A DNA stretch of 63,909 nucleotides, the filler included, from Intoshia linei (Eukaryota > Animalia > Orthonectida): the NCBI GenBank assembly GCA_001642005.1. It is 4 parts of 4 records of this genome, joined end to end, with 100 filler letters (N's around TTAATTAATTAA, not from the genome) between each part and the next. Parts side by side here need not be neighbours in the genome. Positions count along the whole stretch, not along the records: positions 49,119 to 61,741 come from LWCA01001067.1; positions 61,842 to 63,909 come from LWCA01002511.1; 2 more parts are not named here. One strand, 5' to 3'. Positions 53,401 to 63,909 of this stretch are shown here, in pieces. The first letter of the stretch is position 1, and every line of letters starts with the position of its first letter. The position numbers and the translations under genes were made by a program. The notes under the pieces are model-generated. The model worked only from the letters and a program-made list of their open reading frames with translations. It had not been told where the DNA came from and made no database searches.

Positions 53401-56400
53401 CTGGGTAGATGCGGCTCTAGTACATTGTAGTCGCTACATTAATATTATCAATTACTGTTATTAACGATTTTCTTCCTGGGTTTTTTATCCATGTAACTGT
53501 CCATGTTTTTTCATGGCAATTTCCGGTCATAGCAACATTTAATTGGTCCATAGATACGTTGTCCCCAAAATTCAATATGTTTTTAACACCAATACTGTTT
53601 GCATCGACAGGTATTGTAGACGTAATACCATCATATGATATATCAAAATTTCCAGTCATTCCTTCACTTGCAGTTGAAGTTTCAGATATGGTTGGTTCAA
53701 CCTAAATAAATCATTACCAATTTTTAATTTTTATTCTATTATGTAAGTATTGTATAATATCTATTAAAGTTTACATTTAATGACGTAATAATTGATACTG
53801 TTGGACTTGAAACGCAGTCATAATACGACAATGTGAGTGTCAGCAATGAAGATTCCATTGTAATAGTAGCATCTTCTATCATAAATGCAGGGACATGTCG
53901 TTCATTTTTTACTGTTTTAAAAAAAAATATAAAAACGGCATATAATAAAAATAAAAATTAATTAATTATTAATAATATATACAATTATATAAATATTTTA
54001 TTTATAATAATAAATAAAAACATAATTATAATTATGTAGCAAGCTAAACGGTCAACTATACTAGTATATGCCATTTTTACTTTTAAAAATAGATCAAGTT
54101 AAATCGCCATATGTGTAAATTTGGATATTCCCAATTCGCCAATTCTCGATTTTTTACACACACGATTTTTTGACAAAATCTGAAGTTTATTTTTCAAGTT
54201 TTTTAAAAATTTTCTAATTTAAAGTAAAGTAATTGTTTTAATTGTATTATAAGTATTTCCGTCCAACATGCATTTAAACATTTCACAAAAATTAGAAATA
54301 TTAAAAGATATTGATTATGAAATGAAACCATCTCAAATATCTCTTAAATATGGGATTTCAAGAGGAACAATATATTATATAAAGAAAAAGATAAATTAAC
54401 GAACTTTTCAAAATACCCATATGGCCGAGTAAAACAACGTAAAAACTTAAAATTTTGTATTTTCCAAAGATGGAAGAAGCTTTATTCTAATGCTAAGGCT
54501 AAATCTAAGCCTTATGTTGAGAAAATTTCGAGGAAAATTGTATAACAAATAAATATTCTATCCAATGTTTATTTTATGTCTTCGATTTTATTGTTATAAT
54601 ATTATTAGTTTTATAAAATTTTTTTATAATTTTTTTGGTCAGGAACTAAAATATGCAGTAAAACCTCCGTTATTCGCTATTTTTATTTATATAGTACTAG
54701 TGTGTGTGTGAAATATTTATTAATATTAAAATTTTCATTATGATCAATTTTAGACAGTTATCTTTTACATTTCTATTATAATTTATATTTATAATAATAG
54801 CAATACTTTTAATAACGGTGGTTTATACACTACTGAATATCAGTAAGATTGAGAAATGGGTATTAAATTGGTATTTGCTACTTAGATATTTATGTATAAT
54901 ATTTATAAATTTATAATAATATATTATAGGCAATATTTATAAAAATTAATGCCTTAACATAATAAAAGGAGAATTCATAATAATATTGAAATCACTATGT
55001 AAATATTTCTATTAGTTATTCGCGATTTTTTGAACACATTTTGCAACTATTTTTGTCAAAAAAACGAGAATAACCTGTAATTGTTTTTAAAATTCTTTAC
55101 GCAAATGTTAACAAAAAAATTAAGACGGAATAATTCACTTTAAAGTAAAAAGTAATGTGATATGATTGTTCAACCTGAAACAAATTTGGGAACCACTCTA
55201 TTAAAGAATTAATAATAGTGAATAGTAGGATTCTTACGTTAGATTTTCAACATGAATTTATTTTTTTATAAAAATGTGCCCTCAGCAGAGCTAGGTGTTG
55301 TTTGTACGTAGTACATAACAGTCAACCTAGTAATATATAATATAGAATGGGCGGTGATAAATTCTTTGGTTCTAAGGGGAAATTTTTATAGCCAGTTTGG
55401 GATCCACTGAGATAAACAGTGACACAGTAATAAATACCTAATTTTCATTAATATTAACTTCGGCCATCGACTTCGAAAATATCTCATAACCAGTTGAATT
55501 AAAAAAAAATTTGGTTACTTATAATTAACGTTTTGAGTTAATTGAGTTAAACTTTTTTAAGGGGGATTGAAAAAATATATTGCTAAAAAGGTTACGTAGA
55601 TAAAATCAGTTTGGGAACCCCTGCTCTAGAGTCTCGTTGAGACACGAGACCTGTCTCACTGTGCGACACCAATTTCAATCAAAAATTTTAAAAAAGTTCG
55701 CGATACACCTGTTGGAAATCACTGGTCTAGATACATCATTGTGTATCGTGTATTATTTTTTAAGTAAAATTTAAAATTACCATCAAAATGGATACGCTCT
55801 GCAACAAAAGATACTTCATCTATAAATTTAATGTCCGATCTGATATGTCGATAAAAGTAGACATTTGAATAAATAAGTGCGTCTGGTACATTTAAAATTG
55901 ATTTGATATCAAAACACGTATATGTCCACCTATATTAATTGTAATGTTTGCTTATACAATGAAATTGCAAATATATTACTCTTTAATAGTTATATTTTCC
56001 ATTATTTCAGGTAAATTAATTCCATAGTTTGTATATATATCGTTGAGATAATATCGGATTCGAATATAATTTGAGAAATATCCTCTTAAACCGAGACACA
56101 TCTAATTATTGTATATAATTAACAGTATAAAAGTAATTATTAAATGTTTACATATCGATTATTTGTCAACGACAAAGGCATGGCATTCCCGTCTCTTACA
56201 CCATAAACCCACGATTTAAAAGATTTTCCACATAATGGCACGTAATTATTTCTATAATTTCCATTGTATGTCGTTGTATCTAAAGTGGTTATCCTATCCG
56301 GGCAATTTGGTGAAAGTGACTGAAAAAGTTCAGTTCTAATCTACAAATTTATAATTTAAATTTTTTTCATTTATAATTTTATGTTTTTATCATTTTTATT

Positions 56401-59400
56401 TATAATTTTTGTAATTATGATTTAGGTATAATAAATTATAATACAGTGAATGTTTACCTCATCTGGTGTGGCATTGAATGAAATTTCGTTGGTTAAATAG
56501 TAGGTATCTTCATTTTCAAATTTTAATCGAAAATTAAACGGAGTAGAGTATATTTCATTGAGCGGGTCATTTGGAATAGGTGAAGAAGTAATTGTATTCG
56601 TAATAGTTCCTTGAACAATTTCCAGAATCGATAATTGTTCAAAAACCAAACCTGAACATTTAATATATAAACCATTAACAATAATCCAATTATTTAAAAA
56701 TTTTATAAAAATATATTTAACCTGATGTGGATTCTCGAGAAATTTCATATAAAATGTTTCCATTTGTTTCAACTATTATTGTTACTTTAAACAAATTATT
56801 TCCACCAATTTGGTTTAGTGCACTTTCCACTAGTTCATTGGTAGAAATACTCGATAAAATTCCTAGTATTTGAAAAATAAATGTACATTAAAATGAAAAT
56901 GAAAATTCAATTACCTGTACAAAAATTTTCATTTAAACAAAAACGGAATGTTGCTACAGGGTCAATGAATATCAAAAGTACTTGGTAGGACTGGTATTCC
57001 GTTATTGACGACATTTCAGCTGTTTGAGCAGAAAAATTTATTTCCTATAATATATTATTTAAAATTATTTTTTTATCAAGACTCAAAAAGCTGGATGCTC
57101 TAAGACTAAGAATAAAATATTACGACAATTTGAAGTATCCTTTCAGTATATATTTTAATATTTTGTTTTTCATTAATTGCATCACTCGTTACAGTACTCA
57201 ATACTTTACTGTCATATTGAAAAAATCCGAGATTTAAAAATTTATCGACAACGTTATGATAAAACAAAACCTGAAAGAAGTATCTAAATTGTTGGTGTAC
57301 AATAAAAAAAATAATTTTAGTCCCTTACTTTGTACCGGCAATTAACGTGACTTCATTATTAGCGAAAACATTATCAGCTCCATTTGTGACTGTATCAATT
57401 TCAATTAATAAAACCTTAAATTATTTTTTATAAGCACAATGTAATTATTATAATACATTATTATCAAAAGTATGATCTGTAGAGATGGAAAATTTTGCAA
57501 TTCCATTCGTTTTCAAAAAAAAATTGTAATTGCTGTCTATATTTGGTACAAAAAATCCACTCATTTTTCCTACAATATTGATATTTTCAGAGAGAATATA
57601 TTGAGCATTGGATAAAATGATTGATTCATACAAAATAACGCCATCGTCATTTTTCGACAGAGTCGTTATTGTGTCTAATTCTGCATATGCCAATTCTTTA
57701 TTTCTCCATAATTCTAATGTCATTCCACGATTACCTATTTTAATAAAATAGAATATGATATTTTTGTTAGTTTACCGGGATAATCTGGTAAAATTATAAT
57801 TAAAGAATTATCTGGTACCAATACTATCAATTCTTTGTCACTTTTTTCCAATATTGTGGCAGGAATATCTAAACATTAAATTTAAATTTTATACTTATAA
57901 TCTTACTTGCTATCTCTACAATTAGGAGTGCATCCGTTTCATCAGATAAATAATCACCCTTTATACTCATTTTCATTCCACTACTTACGATAACGGGAGA
58001 AATTTCATTGATATCTAAATTATATTCAAATTCTAAAATAATTTTACTCTGGTAGTGGTTCAGAAGTGAAACAAATATTAAATGAAATAAACCTCATTTT
58101 TTTTTAAATCTAATATAATAAAATATAAAAGTTTTCTAACAGTAAAACTCATTGGTCCCATGAAAATTAATTGGTATTTTTTACAAAAAATTGTCTCTTT
58201 TGGAGATTTTGGAGTTTAGTTAAAAATTTTAATTAAAAAATTTATTGAGTTAGATAAATCAAAATTTATATATGGTCTTAGTGCAATTTTTTTAAATCAA
58301 AATTTTTTTAACATTATCAATTTGGTCATAGTTGTGGATTATTGCAGGGGTTCAAACACTTTTTTCACGGCGGATAACTAAAGCGATATTAATAGGCAAA
58401 ATTAAAAATATTTTGATAAAAAACGTAATAAATTGACTTCTAATTAGTAAATTACTATTTTAAAAATTATTTCGCAGACCAGTACTGGTCCGTGAACTGG
58501 TATTTGGGAAACGATGGGTTATCGTATTAACATCTACATTATTATAATTAATAATGACGTATATTTTTAATTTTTTATGAATTACATGCATATGATTCGT
58601 ACAGGCATGCTATGTCATTATAACATATTTTCATTGCATTTCTATCAATTATGCTTCTATGTTGATATATTTTAATATTTAATATATTTTTAGCTGTATT
58701 ATAAAAAACAGCAAAAATAAAGTTAATTTTACTTTCCAAAGTTTTGTTCAATTATAAAATGTGCTCGATGCGCACCTACGTAATTTCCTTCGAACCTGCA
58801 CTTAAACTCTCCATTTAATGATTCTTCGTTTGCTCCATTTAATTGAATGTGTATTCTAATAGATGTAATGTTTGTATTTTATATTATTATTATAAACAAC
58901 AGTTTTGTAATACGTCGTAAAAACTGTACCTAGCTCTGATGGAGTAATTTATATTATTAATTAAATAATAATTTTATATCAACTGATTATATGAACGAAC
59001 CCACCGATCCCGAAGTTCATCTTCGGAGCTCGATGAAATTCAACTGGATTCACCCGTATAAATCATTTTAATTGTTATTGCGATATTGAAGTGTTATATT
59101 GCAACATTGAAGTTTAAATTGTATATTCAATTTTGCAATTAAATGATTTATTTTCACCCATTTTTAAAAAAATTTGTAGAAAATTTTGCAGGGTTTTTAA
59201 TAAAATTTTGATTTTCACCTAATTTTTAAGGATTTTAAAGATGTCTAAAACGGTGTTTAAAAGTTGAAAAATTAAAAAATAAATAATTTACATATTTAAT
59301 CAAAAGGCCACCCTTAGCTCGCGGGCCACTGGTAGCCGACCCCTGATCTAATAGTAAATGGCTCAAATGAATGTCGCTCAACTTAGTGTTGACTATTCCC

Positions 59401-60400
59401 AAAATTATGCTCTAATACGAAAATAATTATTTAAGCCTTTTTTAACACCAAAAAATTCACCGTCTCTTATACAGTATATGCATTAGGATGTTAACTTTCT
59501 TTAAAATTACATTTTGTTGTTTATATCGTTGAAATAGCAAATATTATTTCCAACAAAATTTCTAATTAAATCATTATATTTATAAAATAGTGACAAAGTC
59601 TACCGTGTAAATCGAGCTGTTATACCATTTGTACTGTCTTTTAAAAACATGGTACTATTAGTGAATCTTGTTACTATTCTGCCTTTAATAGTAATTAGAT
59701 TTCCTACATTTGTCTTTAATTAAGAAAATACAAAATTTACATTGTACATTTACATGGATTGAAATTTAAAATATTACCTGGTAATCCAGTTGGGGGATTT
59801 AGAGATGTTATCGTAGGTGTGTCATGAATGGTAACCTAATCATTATCATTCATTATTAACAATTTGATTAAAAATGCATACTTGAAATGAACAACTCCAC
59901 GCTTCTGGTGTGTTCCCACAATAAACATTGTGGTCATGAATATCTTGCCCATCCACTTTAATGCGAATAAAATAGGATCCTAGCGGTAATGGACTAATTG
60001 ATACCACATTAAAATATTTATAATGTTTAAAATATTAGTTTACGGAGTAAAACATTGTATTTGATTGCTCGTCATGCCATTTGGATGAGATTTACAATTA
60101 TAAACTATTCTCGATTTTTTGTTAACCAAAAACACAAAATTCCCGACATTAGGATCATCCGGTATCAACGAAAATGAGTTTGTAGAAAAACCTTATATAA
60201 GGTTAGTTTTTATATGTTTATCATTACCCGTTCCTCGTATAACCAATAAAACTTCTCCTCCACCTCCAATAAGTTTTGGAAGAACTCTATTAACTGAAAT
60301 ACTATTCAAGTAATCTGAAATTTTATTATAGTTTTGAAAAGTTTTAATTGTTACCAAAATTCCATAAGACTAACAAAAAAGCTAGAATTATACTCTTCAT
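50421..60400 (-). CDS. PKHD1L1: Fibrocystin-L (PKHD1L1), 5' portion, many exons; 3' part absent from this contig
   Basis: ATG 60400 with signal peptide MKSIILAFLLVLW. IPT/TIG repeats (GGEVLLVIRGTG, TPTITSLNP, LTIIGLNF, GGTLLTISGSGF, GGLEIQLIGSGF..VKIG..C.V), a PA14-like segment RGMTLELW...KMSGFFVP, PQVSVTVNNIP, and ININVGD. The domain order matches PKHD1L1. Confidence 0.88.
54140..55079 (+). mobile_element. pogo/Tigger-like remnant with a nested small MITE (~54656-54830)
   Basis: Translation MKPSQISLKYGISRGTIYYIKK...FPKMEEALF resembles a CENP-B-type HTH. Inverted termini ATTCTCGATTTTTT / AAAAAACGAGAAT. Inner TIRs CAGTAAAACCTCCGTTATT / AATAACGGTGGTTTA. Confidence 0.55.
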
Positions 60401-61400
60401 TTCCGTAAATTCGTCTTATCTGTCATTAAATTTTTATAACTTTACAATTAATGAAGTTATACTACAAGTTTAAAATTACTTATTATCTCATTTATTATTA
60501 TTATTGTGCAACAATTCAGAAGATTGAATTTGGAAAGTGGGTTGCATAAATACATTTTTCGTTGCGCATGTTGTAACACATTTATACACTTAAAAATTTA
60601 AAAATGGTATCCTGTATTCTTCTAAATTATTTACATTTAATGAAGGGTACACATTTAATTGTATTACATATATTTAACACGCTATTTTATATAACTTAAA
60701 GTTCAACAACATTCATTTTTCTTACTAATTTCAATTAATCTAAATTTTAAGTTAAATTATATTAAAACAAGAAAAGTAAACTACTCGAGTAAAAATAATT
60801 AAAATCGTATTTTACTAATTAATAATAAGAGAATTAGAAATGTGATATTAAGAATTAAGTTAGTCAATATAAAATAAAATTTGACTATATTCACCTCTAT
60901 TACTGTATATATACATGCATTATATTATGTGGTTTGGTCACTATATCTTTATATATTTTTAATTAATTGTTAAATGTAATTATTAAAAAAATTCTAAATT
61001 ATGTTTTTATGTACATTTCATTATAAATGTAATGAACCACGTTTGTTCTAATAAAACCATTCTGTCAATTAGGCAAAAAGTAATTATAAAAAATTTTGTA
61101 TTTTAATAGGGATTGATAAGATAGTGATATATCACTTGAGATATATTTTTAGAAGTGATACATTAATAATAATGATGGTATTAATAACATAGTTTATAAC
61201 AAAATAATCTAAAATATACCACATATAAATTATAATCGTTCTTTTGAAATACCATAATTATAATAAGTAGTTCATATAAATAATTATTTTAACAATATTA
61301 CGATATAAAATAAAATGAATTTAATCAATGATAATATCTTATCACTAGAGTCGACATTTTATAGCACTAAAAATAACCCCATACAACATATTTAGTTGGG

Positions 61401-61741
61401 TTGAGACACATATCAGTATCTCCAAATGCTACAATGATAGCACAGATTATTGATGATACCATAAGGGATATGAATATAAAAAGAGAAAATTTTATCCTTT
61501 TATTAACGGATGCTGCTAGATACATGACCTGTGCGTTTCGTTACCTGAAACCAATGTACAATATGCTGTTTCACGTTACTTGCACATCACATTTAGTACA
61601 CAACTATGCTATGAAATTAAGATCCAATTTTACAGACGTTTATTTTATGATAGCGTCTGTAAAAATTAAATCGATTGTTAAAAATCATGAACGAAAGAAA
61701 TTATTTTATGAAATAGGTAAACCACCGGAACCAATTGTTAT
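61401..61741 (+). mobile_element. hAT transposase fragment (CGGBP1/DUF659-like), cut by the gap
   Basis: LLLTDAARYM...LFHVTCTSHLVHN contains the D...CxxH motif of hAT transposases. Confidence 0.75.
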
Positions 61742-61959
61742 NNNNNNNNNNNNNNNNNNNNNNNNNNNNNNNNNNNNNNNNNNNNTTAATTAATTAANNN
61801 NNNNNNNNNNNNNNNNNNNNNNNNNNNNNNNNNNNNNNNNNTTTATATTTATAATATACTTAAATATTTACCCTATATAAACCAAATAACTAAAAATAAT
61901 AGTACGTATTTGTTCTGGCCACTTTACGTAAAATAATAAATGTTTCTATAACACAAATA

Positions 61960-63909
61960 ATATCTTTATTTAATATAACAAAAATCATTAACAATGTAAA
62001 TTTAATCAAATTATAAGTAATATTACATTTTAATAGCAAGTAAAAAATATAAAAAATTATTTAAATAATATGTAACACACATTTAAATTAAAATTTAAGA
62101 CTTAAAATAAATTAAATTATAATAAATATAATAATATAACCATAAGTTATTTATTATTTAAATTTTGTCATATTATAAGTTATATTAAATTTTAATAGAA
62201 AGTAAAAAATATAAAAAATTATTTAAATAATATGTAACACAAATTTGATTTAAATTATATAATTTAAAATACATTTAATTATAACAAATATCATATCATA
62301 ATACATAAATCATTTATTATTTAAATTTTGTCATATTATAAGTAATATTACATTTTAATAGAAAGTAAAAAATATAAAAAATTATTTAAATAATATGTGA
62401 CACAAATTTAATTTAAAATATTAAACTTAAAATAAATTTAACTATAATACATATAATAATATAAAAATAAATTATTTATATTTAAATTTCTTCAAATTAT
62501 AAATAATACTACAATTGAATAAAACGTAAAAAATATATAAAATTATTTAAATAATATGTGACACACATTTTAATTAAAATTAAAAATATAAAATATATTT
62601 AATTATTATACACATAATAATATAATTATAAATCATTTATTATTTAAATAATATGTAACACACATTTAAATTAAAATTTAAGACTTAATATAAATTTAAT
62701 TATAACAAATATTATAATATAATACATAAATTATTTATATTTAAATATCATTAAATTATAAGTAATATAAAATTTTAATAGAAGGTAAAACATATATAAA
62801 ATTATTTAAATAATATTGTAACACAAATTTGATTTAAAATATATAATTTAAAATAAATTTAATTATAACAAATATCATAATATAATAACTAAATCATTAA
62901 TATTTAAATATCATTAAATTATAAGTAATATTACATTATAATAGCAGGTAAAAAATAAAAAAAATTATTTAAATAATATGTAACACACATTTAAATTAAA
63001 ATTTAAGACTTTGCTTAGTGAGTATATTTAAAACTGAACTAAACGCAGATTCTTCTATGTATGTTAAAAAGAACGATTTCGAAAGATATCAATTTTATCA
63101 ATAACGCTATTTATAATTCGTTTGCAATCAACCAGAATTAAGATTTTTCCCTGTAATTTGAGATTAATAATATTCCGCATTTGATAAACACCACTGAGGT
63201 AAAATATATCATTTTTTGACATATTTAACTTAACGTACGTACTAAAATCGTTTTCTTCAAAAAAATATAGTATTTAACATATTAACAAATTTATTAAGAC
63301 ATAAACCCTTTGACAGCCATNAATTTGAGACTTAAAATAAATTTAATTATAATAAATATAATAATATAACTATAAATCATTTATTATTTAAATAATATGT
63401 AACCCACATTTAAATTAAAATTTAAGATTTAAAATAAATTTATCTATATTAAATATAATAATATAACTATAAATCATTTATTATTTAAATAATATGTAAC
63501 ACACATTTAAATTAAAATTTGAGACTTAAAATAAATTTAATTATAATAAATATAATAATATAACTATAAATCATTTATTATTTATATTTAAATATCATTA
63601 AATTATAAGTAATATAACATTTAAATAGAAGGTAAAACATATATACAATTATTTAAATAATATTTTAACACAAATTTGATTTAAAATATATAATTTAAAA
63701 TAAATTTAATTATAACAAATATTATAATATAATACATAAATTATTTATATTTAAATATCATTAAATTATAAGTAATATAAAATTTTAATAGAAGGTAAAA
63801 CATATATAAAATTATTTAAATTTTGTCATATTATAAGTTATATTAAATTTTAATAAAAGTAAAAAATATAAAAAATTATTTAAATAATATGTAACACAAA
63901 TTTGATTTA
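61960..63909. repeat. AT-rich tandem satellite, ~162-bp unit, interrupted at ~63011-63321
   Basis: The marker TAATATGTAACAC (with variants) recurs at 62066, 62228, 62391, 62552, 62649, 62811, 62974, 63393, 63490, 63658 and 63885. Confidence 0.9.

Noticed and set aside
58990-59055. Hairpin CCGAAG-TTCAT-CTTCGG in a GC-richer patch
   Set aside because: A single 6-bp stem among transposon fragments; not enough to call an ncRNA.

Overview
This is very AT-rich eukaryotic (metazoan) genomic DNA with many ~35-40 nt GT-AG introns. It looks like a compact parasite genome such as an orthonectid; that assignment is inference only. Three 100-nt N/TTAATTAATTAA spacers (19067-19166, 49019-49118, 61742-61841) join separate contigs, so adjacency across them is not guaranteed. 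Recognisable genes are: a divergent multi-exon TFIIIC subunit 1 (GTF3C1) with an intronless class A peptide GPCR apparently nested on the same strand in one intron; an MPDZ/PATJ-like PDZ gene; a probably disabled WD40 gene; a CDC26-like ORF divergent from DDX5/DDX17 (p68/DBP2), which keeps the long 'ARGL-D' intron; an AGPAT; TMEM179; RRP36; an SR-protein retro-pseudogene; glutamine synthetase; and the 5' part of fibrocystin-L (PKHD1L1). Introns and intergenic DNA are full of DNA-transposon remnants (Tc1/IS630, pogo, Merlin, PIF/Harbinger, several hAT, MULE-like, Helitron-like), some nested with intact target-site duplications. The window ends in an AT-rich ~162-bp satellite. I found no convincing wholly new biological system. 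The best leads are the nested GPCR, the DDX5 intron and a duplicated splice acceptor.
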